Part shown: in pieces, positions 21,520 to 32,778 of the stretch
How positions within the stretch are numbered: the first letter of the stretch is position 1
Layout of the letters: each line of letters opens with the position of its first letter
Assembly: GCF_001194135.2 (NCBI RefSeq)
Contig: NC_068988.1
Location: forward strand, 57,805,154 to 57,838,103
DNA length: 32,950 nt
Direction: 5' to 3'
Source of the DNA: Octopus bimaculoides
Lineage: Eukaryota
The notes under the pieces: model-generated
Databases searched by the model: none
What the model was told of the DNA's origin: nothing
Seen by the model: the letters and a program-made list of their open reading frames with translations, nothing else
Translations under genes and position numbers: made by a program

Positions 21520-21610
21520 GTAATTTCTCTTTTTCCATGCTAGTATGGGTTAGATGGTTTTTCTGAGGAAGTGTTTTCTTGCAACTGGCAGTCTTTCCTA
21601 TCACTAACCT
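21520..21610 (-). mobile_element. Diverged RTE-type 3' end
   Basis: TTTTCCATGCTAGTATGGGTTAGATGG and CTGGCAGTCTTTCCTATCACTAACC. Confidence 0.55.
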
Positions 21611-21699
21611 TTTTAGTTGCTTCTTATGAAATGTAGAGACACGGTATACTTGTCCATAAAAATTAGAATATTCAAACATACACAAACATATTTGAATTT

Positions 21700-21818
21700 C
21701 TAAACACACACACACACACACATAATATACACACACGCACACACATCATCATCATCATGATAATCAATATATATATATAGATATGTATGTGTGTGTGTAT
21801 GTGTGTATAAATACATAC

Positions 21819-21849
<31 letters not shown>

Positions 21850-21945
21850 CATACATACATACATACATACATACATACATAAATACACATACATATATAC
21901 ATGTGTGTGTGTGTATGTGTATGAATATAATTCTCACATACACAC

Positions 21946-21991
<46 letters not shown>

Positions 21992-22188
21992 ACATATATA
22001 TACACACACACACATATATATGCATTTATACGTATATATATGCATTTATATATATGTGGAGCAAGGTAAAAGCCTTCTGACAAGGAATATAAATTTTACT
22101 TTATTGCCATTATTGACTGCTTTTATTAATACATATTTACATATTTGATATTTGTCATTATTTGTCACTTAACAACCATGAAATAAAT

Positions 22189-22261
<73 letters not shown>

Positions 22262-22262
22262 G
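21700..22262. repeat. Microsatellite cluster (CA, CAT, TA, TACA, long GT)
   Basis: Directly visible. Confidence 0.9.
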
Positions 22263-22835
22263 TGTATGTTGCTTTGTGTATGTTGTTGTTTAAAGGAATA
22301 AAGGAATAAAAGAATAATGGAATAAAGGAACATTGTTATATAACAATTAAAATTTTTTTTTTTCCAGAACAAGAAATGAAAAGCAGAGTTTTATACCAAC
22401 CTTTGCACAGGTAAATATACAAAAAATCCTAAAAACCAGGCTCCTACTTGTTCTTAATTAATTACTATATCTGGTGCTGCTGACTGTAATGTTTAGACTT
22501 AGCTTATAAAACTATTAATTACCGACCCAGCTGATCTTGACTTGTGATTTAACACACACATACACATATACATATACGTGTGTGTGTGTGTGTGTGATGT
22601 ATAAGCTTATGTGTGTATGTTCTTTATTGCTAGGTTATCATATGCTTGTATTTACATAGAGAAAGAGTAGTAAATTGAGAAAACAAAGGGGAGAGGGGCT
22701 AATGGAAAGAAAGAGAGAGAGTGAAAGAGATAGAGAGAGAGAGGAAGAGAGAGAGATAAAGAGGGAGAGAGAGAGAAACAGGAAGAATAAATGTGTTAAA
22801 AAAACATAAGAGATTAATACAAATACATGTGTGTG

Positions 22836-22876
<41 letters not shown>

Positions 22877-23011
22877 ATAGGCAATTATAACTCTTGTATA
22901 TAGACACATTATTTTATACATACATAGATCACACGTTGACAGCTTAATATGTACATACATAGATATTGGCATAAACATACACATGCACACACTCATACAC
23001 AGAGATTAATA

Positions 23012-23391
23012 TTGCTTACCAACCACATGGTTCCAGGTTCAGTCCCATTGCATGGCACCTTGGGCAAGTGTCTTCTGCTATAGCCTTGGACCAACCAAAG
23101 CCTTGTGAGTGGAAACTGGAAGAAGCCCGTCATATATATATATATGTGTGTGTGTGTATGTATGTATATATTTGCATGTGTCTGTATTTGTGTTTGTCCC
23201 CCACCATTCCTTGACAAATGATGCTGGTGTGTATATGTCCCCCATAACTTAGCAGTTCAGCGAAAGAGATCGATAGAATATGTGCTAGGCTTATAAAGAA
23301 TAAGTCTTGGGGTAGATTTCTTCAACTAACACCCTTCAATGCTGTGCTCCAGCATGACTGCAGTCAAATAACTGAAACAAGTAAAAGAATA
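23012..23391 (+). mobile_element. SINE family A, head slightly truncated
   Basis: Match to family A from TTGCTTACCAACC to GTAAAAGAATA. Confidence 0.9.
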
Positions 23392-23426
23392 TATATACAT
23401 ATATATAATTATTATATATATACATA

Positions 23427-23646
23427 TATTCTTTTACTTGTTTCCATCATTGGACTGTGGCCATGCTAGAGCACTGCATTGAAGGGTTTTAGTCAAACAA
23501 ATCAACCCCAGAATTTATATTTTAAACCTGTACTTATTCTATCGGTCCCCTTTACCAAACAGCTAAGTTACAGAGACATAAGCACACCAACACCACTTGT
23601 TAAGCGGTGATGGGTGGACAAACACAACGGGCTTCTTTCAGTTTCC
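23427..23646 (-). mobile_element. SINE family A 3' half, tail-to-tail with 23012-23391
   Basis: Reverse-complement match; the internal microsatellite is deleted in this copy. Confidence 0.85.
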
Positions 23647-23648
23647 TA

Positions 23649-23835
23649 ATCATCATCATTTAATGTTCATTTTCCATGCTTGACAGGAGGTAGCAAAGCC
23701 AGAAGCCATACCAGACTCCATTGTCTGTTTTAGGATGGTTTCTACAGCTGGATGCCCTTCCCAATGTCAACCACTTAACAAAGAGTATGGGGTCTTTTTA
23801 CATGGCACCAGCCCCAACAGGCTTACCAAGTGCTT
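23649..23835 (-). mobile_element. RTE-type 3' UTR fragment
   Basis: CATCATCATTTAATGTTCATTTTCCATGC and TTCTACAGCTGGATGCCCTTCC. Confidence 0.8.
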
Positions 23836-23857
23836 TGCAAAAACAAATATATATATA

Positions 23858-24035
23858 CTGTGTTTTAACATGTATAAGGAACCCTTTTTGAACAAAAATT
23901 AGGTTAAAAAATATGGGAGTTTCTTATGCCTGGATAGTATTATGATCTCTTATAAAACCGTTTTTCCCAATTTTCAGAGCCCAAAATTAGGGGTTTCCTT
24001 GTACACAAGGGTTCCTTATATATGTTAAAATACCG
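23858..24035. mobile_element. 178-bp Tc2/pogo-like MITE with TA TSD
   Basis: Left TIR CTGTGTTTTAACATGTATAAGGAACCC versus right (revcomp) CGGTATTTTAACATATATAAGGAACCC, 24/27 identical. TA at 23856-57 and 24036-37. Confidence 0.85.
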
Positions 24036-24117
24036 TACACACACACACACACACACACACAGAGAAACACGTGCACAGACAGATTTTAAAAATACGTAGA
24101 TACTAACAGGGACACAC

Positions 24118-24383
24118 ACAGATTAATGTATATACATATAGACACTCACACTCACTCATACACACAAAAATTAATGTATATTAACCCAAATACACACTTA
24201 CACAGACACATTAATATATGCATATGTAGACATAAACATAGATGGATTAATGTATATAGACACACATACACTAATGAATGTATACACATAAGTGCACTCA
24301 CAGATTAATATATGCACTTACAAACAGAGATTAAACACCCTCATTGAGATTATTGTACACACACACTCACATAGATTAATGTA
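24118..24383. repeat. Degenerate CA/TA-rich minisatellite anchored by GATTAAT
   Basis: About 9 (G)ATTAA(T)-like anchors spaced ~25-50 bp apart. Confidence 0.6.
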
Positions 24384-24544
24384 GGTGTAGAGGATTTTCT
24401 GTCAATCTTGAAGATGAGAATCCAATTATCTGACCTGTTGAATTACAATGAAATCAACATGGAATTGGTTGAGTATTCCATTGATGTGTATCCCTTAATT
24501 CCCAAATTGAATCAGCACAATCCAGAACAGAGAAAGCAGTTGAT

Positions 24545-24846
24545 TTTGAAGTATTTATCAACCCCAAGAGGATACAAACCAAAGCTGACCTCAGAAAGAA
24601 TTTGAACTCAAGGATCAAAGAGTTGGAACAAATGTTAAATCCAAATTTTGGTACAATGCCAGCAATTTTGGGTTGGGGTGTGTAAGTCAATTATATTGAC
24701 CCCAGTGCTCAACTCGTGCTTATTTTATCGACACTAAAAGCATGAAAGGCAACGTCGACCTTGGCAAAATTTGATCTTGGAATACAGACATACAAAATGC
24801 TGTTAAGCATTTGCTCGGTGTGTAAACGACTGGCAGTTTCCCGCCA
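24545..24846 (-). mobile_element. Two SINE family B remnants (24545-24610 and 24637-24846)
   Basis: TATTTATCAACCCC..GACCTCAGAAAGAATTTGAACTCA, and ATGAAAGGCAACGTCGACCTTGGCAAAATTTG...GGCAGTTTCCCGCC. Confidence 0.75.
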
Positions 24847-26049
24847 AAGCATCTTACCTGATTGTCTGACAAAGCTGCAAACCACTACCTTTAATGTACA
24901 TAGGTACACACAACACATACACATACATGTTAATGCATACATATATACACACACACACATAAACNNNNNNNNNNNNNNNNNNNNNNNNNNNNNNNNNNNN
25001 NNNNNNNNNNNNNNNNNNNNNNNNNNNNNNNNNNNNNNNNNNNNNNNNNNNNNNNNNNNNNNNNNNNNNNNNNNNNNNNNNNNNNNNNNNNNNNNNNNNN
25101 NNNNNNNNNNNNNNNNNNNNNNNNNNNNNNNNNNNNNNNNNNNNNNNNNNNNNNNNNNNNNNNNNNNNNNNNNNNNNNNNNNNNNNNNNNNNNNNNNNNN
25201 NNNNNNNNNNNNNNNNNNNNNNNNNNNNNNNNNNNNNNNNNNNNNNNNNNNNNNNNNNNNNNNNNNNNNNNNNNNNNNNNNNNNNNNNNNNNNNNNNNNN
25301 NNNNNNNNNNNNNNNNNNNNNNNNNNNNNNNNNNNNNNNNNNNNNNNNNNNNNNNNNNNNNNNNNNNNNNNNNNNNNNNNNNNNNNNNNNNNNNNNNNNN
25401 NNNNNNNNNNNNNNNNNNNNNNNNNNNNNTATATATAAACAAATAGTAAATGAGTATATGCATATATACGTACAGGTATGTGCATACCGACATCCACCTG
25501 TATGTATAGGTGCATATCTGGATACAGGACATTGCAAACAAACATAGACGAGAACACACGAGCCACATAGAGAACAATTCCTTCATCAGTCACCCACGTT
25601 TTAACACCGGCGTTTCGACGAGCTTGGGCAGGACGCATCGCTAAAACGGCTCGTCCCATGGATCGCAGATTAAATTTGTATACGCAAATTAAATCTAGCC
25701 ATGGAGGAATGTAGTGGCGGACAAAAAACAAGACATGCACACACACATAACAGCAGTGGAACAGATTAATATAAACGTGTGTGTATATGTATACACATAC
25801 ACACTTATTTATATATATATACAAAGCTTAATGTGTATATGCACACATGCACTCAAACAGAGATAGATTAATGCATACATACAAATGTGACATAGGTAAG
25901 TAGTCAGGTTTTTCCTTAATCCTTCTGTCTACCCATCCATTCATCCGTCCATCCATCCAGACGGACAGCCAGCCAGACAGACAGACAGACAGAGTGAGTA
26001 AGAGTCAGAGAGAGAAAGTACAAGTAATGCTAAGATGATGAGGGTGAAG

Positions 26050-26313
26050 AGAGAAGAGATCTACACATACACACACACACACACACAGACACACACACAT
26101 ACACATATACATACACAAATGCACATGCACTCACAGACAGATGCACGTGTGCCCTGCTTACCTGCCCCACACTCAAACGAAATTTGTATATTAATGAATA
26201 TATAAAAAGGTAAAAGAGAATTAGAGAAGGATAGGTGTTAGCATACAGTATTGAATTACTTCTGAAATCTACCCAAACACATATCAATGTCTTTCTATAC
26301 ATACATATATGCA

Positions 26314-26346
<33 letters not shown>

Positions 26347-26735
26347 CTATATATAAACACATACACACACATACATAGATATATATATATTATATTATAT
26401 ATATATATACTTATATATACTTATATGTATTTATATATCAAAGCACTGACAAAAGATATACATAAATACACAAATATACACATTCGCACATGCATATGTG
26501 CATGTACGTACACACATGCACACATGCATACACACACTCTGCCACATATATACACAGACAAATACACAAACACACATACACACTTAAACACATACATACA
26601 AATACACAACCACATACACACATGCACACATACATGCGTACAACACATACATTCATACACACACACACACCCACACACTTGTACATAAGGAAACATACAC
26701 CCAAATATGCACCCATGCAGAGACATACACACCCA
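26050..26735. repeat. Long degenerate CA/TA low-complexity region
   Basis: Directly visible; source of the HTHT/CVCV ORFs. Confidence 0.9.
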
Positions 26736-27039
26736 TGGGATGGTGATTAGTGAATTAGTAATAGAACTGAAAGAGAATGAATGAGATTATCTCAATCTAA
26801 ACACATCAATCATTGACGAACGTAATATCTTGAGGTACTGATTGATTGACAGACAGACAGACAGACAGGGGAGAGGGAGAGGGGAAAACGAGGAGAGGAA
26901 TAGGGGATAAGATGAAGGAGGAGGAAGGGCAAGAAGAAGAAAGGCAAAGAAGAGGAGGACTAAGGAGGACGAAAGAGACGAAGAAGGATGGAGAAAGAGA
27001 AAGGGGAGGAGGAGGAGAGTAAGTTTGGTTAAGGAGTAG

Positions 27040-28297
27040 ATGTTGAGTTGGATTAAAGAGAATATGGTGGGGTGGATTAAGGAGGATATNNNNNNNNNNN
27101 NNNNNNNNNNNNNNNNNNNNNNNNNNNNNNNNNNNNNNNNNNNNNNNNNNNNNNNNNNNNNNNNNNNNNNNNNNNNNNNNNNNNNNNNNNNNNNNNNNNN
27201 NNNNNNNNNNNNNNNNNNNNNNNNNNNNNNNNNNNNNNNNNNNNNNNNNNNNNNNNNNNNNNNNNNNNNNNNNNNNNNNNNNNNNNNNNNNNNNNNNNNN
27301 NNNNNNNNNNNNNNNNNNNNNNNNNNNNNNNNNNNNNNNNNNNNNNNNNNNNNNNNNNNNNNNNNNNNNNNNNNNNNNNNNNNNNNNNNNNNNNNNNNNN
27401 NNNNNNNNNNNNNNNNNNNNNNNNNNNNNNNNNNNNNNNNNNNNNNNNNNNNNNNNNNNNNNNNNNNNNNNNNNNNNNNNNNNNNNNNNNNNNNNNNNNN
27501 NNNNNNNNNNNNNNNNNNNNNNNNNNNNNNNNNNNNNNNNNNNNNNNNNNNNNNNNNNNNNNNNNNNNNNNNNNNNNNNNNNNNNNNNNNNNNNNNNNNN
27601 NNNNNNNNNNNNNNNNNNNNNNNNNNTGGTAATATGGGGAGGAGGAGGAGGAGGGTGTGAGAGGAAGGGGAGGGTAGGGTGGGGAGGGGAGGAGGAGGAG
27701 AGTAAGTTTGGTTAAGGAGTAGATGTTGAGTTGGATTAAAGAGAATATGGTGGGGTGGATTAAGGAGGATATAGTGGGTTGGATCAAGGAGAATATGGTG
27801 GGTTGGATTTGGTGGATATGGTGGGTTGAATTAAGGAGAATATGGTGGGTTAGATGAAGGAGAATATGGTGGGTGGATTAAGGAGGATATGGTCAGGTGG
27901 ATTAATGAAAATATGGTAAGGTGAATTATGGAGAATATGGTGGGTTAGATTAAGGAGGATATGCTGGGTTAGGTCAAGGAGAATATGGTGGGTGGATTAA
28001 GGAGGATATAGTGGGTTGGATTAAAGAGAATATGGTGGGATGGATTAAAAGAGAAAATGGTGGGATGGATTAAGGAGGATATGGTGTGTTGGACTAAGGA
28101 GAATTTGTATGTTGGATTAAAGAGAATTCTATAGGTTAGGTTTAGAATACTGAGGGTTGGATTATGAAGAATCTTGTGAATTAGATTAAAGAGATTTTCT
28201 TGTGTTGAGTTAAGGAGAATATTGCAGGCTGGATTGAAGAAAGTAGAATGGATTGGATTAAGGAAAATATGCTGAGTTGGATTAAGTTGGATTAGAA
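27040..28297. repeat. ~24-bp minisatellite, consensus GGATTAAGGAGAATATGGTGGGTT, about 25 visible units, partly in a gap
   Basis: GGATTAA recurs every 23-25 bp from 27733 to ~28290, with units progressively more diverged to the right. Confidence 0.9.
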
Positions 28298-28410
28298 CTC
28301 AATCAGTGACAGAGTATATGACAAAATTGGCTCTTTGAGTTACAAATATAGTCCATCTTGTACTATACAAGACTAAGTGGTTGAGTATTTCACAGACACA
28401 TGTATCCTAA

Positions 28411-28700
28411 AGGTATGTGGCTTAGTGGTTAAGGTATTTGGCTCATGGTTGTAGGATCATAAGTTCAATTCCCAGCAGTGCATTGTGTCCTTGAGCAAGG
28501 CACTTTATTTCACGTTGCTCCAATCCACTCTGCTGGCATAAATGAGTAGTACCTTTAATTCAAAGGGTCAGCCTTGTCACATACTGTGTCATGCTGAATC
28601 TCCCTGAGAACTATATTAAGGGTACATGTGTCTGTGGAGCACTCAGCCAATTGTACATTAATTTCACAAGCAGGCTTGTTTCAGTGGAACCCTCATCGAC
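28411..28700 (+). mobile_element. tRNA-derived SINE family D (CORE-like body) with tail type Y
   Basis: A-box TGGCTTAGTGG, B-box AGTTCAATTCCC, TGTGTCCTTGAGCAAGGCACTT (CORE-like). 28549-28700 aligns with 17517-17680. Confidence 0.85.
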
Positions 28701-29001
28701 CTTTGCAGACTGTTAGCCATGAAACTTGCTAGAAACTGTGCTGACCTCTGCTGGAAACCATTGACGTAGAGGAAACATTGTTTGTGTGATACATCTCCCT
28801 TGATGTAAATAAACATATTGTGCCCTGAATCAGAAGGAATGCTGATTACATTAGTTCAACAATTCTTATGAGATTATGAATGATTTTAATAAAGTGGGCT
28901 ACAGCTGCTACCATACTTAGCGCATGTCACTGACCCTTTTTAAGGTCTTCATTGATTAGCTACCAAGTCAAGTGACCAACTCAAGTAACGCCATGGAACT
29001 A

Positions 29002-29034
29002 GATAATGATGGTGATGACGATGATGATGATGAC

Positions 29035-29073
<39 letters not shown>

Positions 29074-29332
29074 ATTGGTGATAACAGTGGTGGTGACAAT
29101 GACAAAAACAGCAGCAGTGATGACGACGAGGTAATCATGATATTGATGATGATGATGATGATGATGATAGAAGTGAACAAGTTGATTATGATGATTATAA
29201 TCATCATCATCAGATTGATCGAGTTCATATCATCATCATCATATCGTTTTATCCTTGTCATCATCATCATCATCAACACCATCATCATCATCATCATCAT
29301 CAACACCATCACCATCACCATCATTATCATCA

Positions 29333-29383
<51 letters not shown>

Positions 29384-29500
29384 TAACATCATCATCATTA
29401 ACATCATCGTCATTTTCATAATCATGAAGATGATAAGCAGAAGCAGAAGCAGCACAAGAAGAAGAAGAAGGTGGTGGTGGTGGTGGTGGTGGTGGTGATA

Positions 29501-29532
<32 letters not shown>

Positions 29533-29612
29533 GGTGATGATGGTGATGATGGTGATGATGATGATGATGATGATGGTTGTGGTTGTAGTGATGACAACTA
29601 TGATGAAGGAAA
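29002..29612. repeat. Compound triplet array with two strand-polarity switches: (GAT)n, then (CAT)n, then (GGT/GAT)n
   Basis: Directly visible; explains the poly-D/M/S/H ORFs. Confidence 0.95.
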
Positions 29613-30152
29613 CGAAGAAGACGAGCCAGATAACTTACATGTAGACAAAATCCATCATCAGAAAATGCTTCTAACCTTTTAACCAACTGTCAAACAACAT
29701 CATACACCCCCCTTTCTCTCTCTTTCCCCCCTCTCTCTCACTCTCTCACTCTCTCTTTCACTCTTTATGTATACATTCATTTATATAATCTACCTCAAGT
29801 GTAGATGTGTGCCTCAGTGCATTTATATAAATAATGCAATTTGAGATGATGGCAAGAGTGTAATGTAGCATGACATGGATACAGAAGCATGCATAATATA
29901 GTCAGGTATGTATGTACCTACATACATATGTATGTATGTATATACACATGTATGTACATATATATGTGTAGGTAGGTATATATCTATATGTATGTTCATC
30001 TGTATGTACATATGCATGTATGTATATACACATGTATGTATAGTTAACACACTCAAACCCAGATATATATATGTATATGCATATATAATTATTCGTATAT
30101 GTTTATGGGTGTTAAACTAGACAAACAAACTAGTATACACACACATTTGCAC

Positions 30153-30204
<52 letters not shown>

Positions 30205-30737
30205 NNNNNNNNNNNNNNNNNNNNNNNNNNNNNNNNNNNNNNNNNNNNNNNNNNNNNNNNNNNNNNNNNNNNNNNNNNNNNNNNNNNNNNNNNNNNNNNN
30301 NNNNNNNNNNNNNNNNNNNNNNNNNNNNNNNNNNNNNNNNNNNNNNNNNNNNNNNNNNNNNNNNNNNNNNNNNNNNNNNNNNNNNNNNNNNNNNNNNNNN
30401 NNNNNNNNNNNNNNNNNNNNNNNNNNNNNNNNNNNNNNNNNNNNNNNNNNNNNNNNNNNNNNNATATATTCATGTACGTGTATATATTTGTTTGGTTAAT
30501 GTGCATTTATCCATGATAGTACTGGTTGGAAAGGAGCTTATTTGAACCAATATGTTCATGCGCATACATGCATGCACACACACACACACACACACCCTCA
30601 CACATAATTGTACCGAAAGCGATGCAGAAATAGACATAACATCTTTTATTAACTAACATAGGTTGCTCAAACTGTACCTGTCGGTAAAGTAACATTTCCT
30701 CAATACAAAAGTACTTAACAACATCGTCTGTATAGCT

Positions 30738-30840
30738 CAGAGGATCTCAAACTTTTTGGGCCACCGCCCCCATCATGGCCACATAATACCCTCAGCGCCC
30801 CCACCCCTATTTTTATGTATAAATGAAATATTTTATATTT
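30738..30840 (+). mobile_element. Possible orphan hAT-like terminus
   Basis: CAGAGGATCTCAAACTTTTT resembles CAGTGGTTCTCAAAC-type hAT ends and is followed by repeated CGCCCCC. No partner TIR or TSD found. Confidence 0.35.
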
Positions 30841-30850
30841 TACTAATTCA

Positions 30851-31395
30851 TATTCTTTTACTTGTTTCAGTCATTTGACTGTGGCCATGCTCAAGCACCG
30901 CCTTTAGACGAGCAAATCGACCCCAGGACTTATTCTTTGTAAGCCTAGTACTTACCCTGTTAGTCCCTTTTAGTCCCGCTAAATTTATGTTAGTCCCACT
31001 AATTTATGGGGACGTAAACACACCGGCATCGGTTGTCAAGCGATGTAGGGGGGACAAACACAGACACACAAACATACGCACACACACACAGACACACACA
31101 CACACAGACACNNNNNNNNNNACAAACATACGCACACACACACAGACACACACACACACAGACACACACACACACAGACACACACACACACAGACACACA
31201 CATACATATACATATATGTATATACATATATACAACAGACTTCTTTCAGTTTCTGTCAACCAAATCCACTCACAAGCTTTGGTCAACCCAAGGCTATAGT
31301 AGAAGACACTTGCCCAAGGTGCCGCGCAGTGGGACTGAACCCAGAACCATGTGGTTGGTAAGCAAGCTACTTACCACACAGCCACTCCTGCGCCT
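30851..31395 (-). mobile_element. SINE family A, full length, with expanded internal CA tract and a 10-N gap
   Basis: Reverse-complement match; CpG-rich, so probably young. Confidence 0.9.
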
Positions 31396-31421
31396 ATAAA
31401 AAGCAAAAGGTGTGGGATACA

Positions 31422-31656
31422 ATGTAGGTGGGGGATAAACAGACACACAAACACACACACACACACATACACACATATATATATACATATATACGACGGG
31501 CTACTTTCAGTTTCCGTCAACTAAATCCACTCACAAGGCTTTGGTTGGCCGAAGCTATAGTAGAAGACACTTGCCCAAAGTGCCACGCAGTAGGACTGAA
31601 CCCGGAATCATGTGGTTAGTAAGCAAGCTACTTACCACACAGCCACTCCTATGCCT
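31422..31656 (-). mobile_element. SINE family A 5' half, in tandem with 30851-31395
   Basis: Near-identical head (CTTACCACACAGCCACTCCT..GCCTATA); stops just past the internal microsatellite. Confidence 0.85.
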
Positions 31657-31816
31657 ATATACAATGAATCATTTGATATTTAATATAATATTATCATCAT
31701 CATCATCATCATCATCATCATCTATCTGTCTTTGTTAATGCATTTACCAATTGATAATCTGAGCACCTATTGTGAAAATTTCCAAATTTTACATGTACAC
31801 AGTTCATGTGTCATAG

Positions 31817-32165
31817 CTAAAAGAATTTTGTGTCACTTTCCTGGAATGGAATGCAAAACGCTATTATGATATGGTCACACCAGATTTTTATCAATGGCAC
31901 CAGCGGTTCAAAAAACCATCTACATATTTGTCGCCAAAACACTGCCCAGGATTGATAAGACAAATTTTTGAAAATGATTATAGAGATATGTATTTAGGGT
32001 TTCTACAAGAACAACTTAACCTCAACATTTCAACAAAGTATTTCAGGCCCCAGAGAAAGACAACGCCAATGCAGTACATATCTAAATTAGAAATACAAAA
32101 CCTTATTTTAAATCTAAAAGAATACAAAAAAACTTTGTTGAGAAAAGTGAAACAAAATGAGGAAA
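31817..32165 (+). other. Unassigned stop-free reading frame in non-repetitive DNA (~116 codons before the SINE)
   Basis: LKEFCVTFLEWNAKRYYDMVTPDFYQWHQRFKKPSTYLSPKHCPGLIRQIFENDYRDMYLGFLQEQLNLNISTKYFRPQRKTTPMQYISKLEIQNLILNLKEYKKTLLRKVKQNEES. No family recognised; may be chance. Confidence 0.25.
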
Positions 32166-32327
32166 GCAGGAGTGGTTGTATGGTAAGTAGCTTGCTTACG
32201 AACCACATGGTTCTGGGTTCAGTCCCACTGTGTGGCACCATGGGCAAGTGTTTTCTACTATAGTCTTGGGCCGACCAAAGCCTTGTGAGTGGATTTGGTA
32301 GACGGAAACTGAAAGAAGCCTGTCGTA

Positions 32328-32364
<37 letters not shown>

Positions 32365-32587
32365 GTGTGTATATGTTTGTGTGTTTGTGTTTGTTCCCCC
32401 AACTTTGCCTGACAACCAATGCTGGTGTGTTTACGTCCCCGTAACTTAGCAGTTCGGCAAAAAAAGCCTGATAGAATAAGTACTAGGCATACAAAGAATA
32501 AGTCCTGGGGTCGATTTGCTCGACTAAAGGTGGTGCTTGAGCATGGCCACAGTCAAATGACTGAAACAAGTAAAAGAGTAAAGAGTA
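32166..32587 (+). mobile_element. SINE family A, full length, young
   Basis: Best-preserved plus-strand copy, ending GACTGAAACAAGTAAAAGAGTAAAGAGTAAA. Confidence 0.92.
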
Positions 32588-32671
32588 AAGCTTTAAAAAT
32601 GTTAAGAATATTTTATGAAAGATGTTTCTCAATGGTCCTGGTTTCAACCTGGTAAATTACAGTCAGCCCAT

Positions 32672-32778
32672 GCAAGTATGGCTGTGTGGGAAGAAGTTTG
32701 CCTCCCAACCACATGGTTCCGGGTTCAATCCCACCGTGTGGTACCGTGGGCAAGAGTTTTCTATTATAACCTCCGGCA
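32672..32778 (+). mobile_element. SINE family A head fragment
   Basis: GGCTGTGTGGGAAGAAGTTTGCCTCCCAACCACATGGTTCCGGGTTCAATCCC...GGGCAAG. Confidence 0.8.

Noticed and set aside
25545-25660. Functional hammerhead ribozyme
   Set aside because: CTGATGA and GAAA are present on the minus strand, but stems I-III cannot be formed in any permutation I tried by eye.
27733-28297. CRISPR array or telomeric repeat
   Set aside because: No unique spacers and no cas genes in this eukaryotic context; the unit is not (TTAGGG)n.
31068-31165. Tandem duplication inside the SINE microsatellite
   Set aside because: The same ~44-bp string flanks a 10-N gap, the typical signature of unmerged overlapping contig ends.
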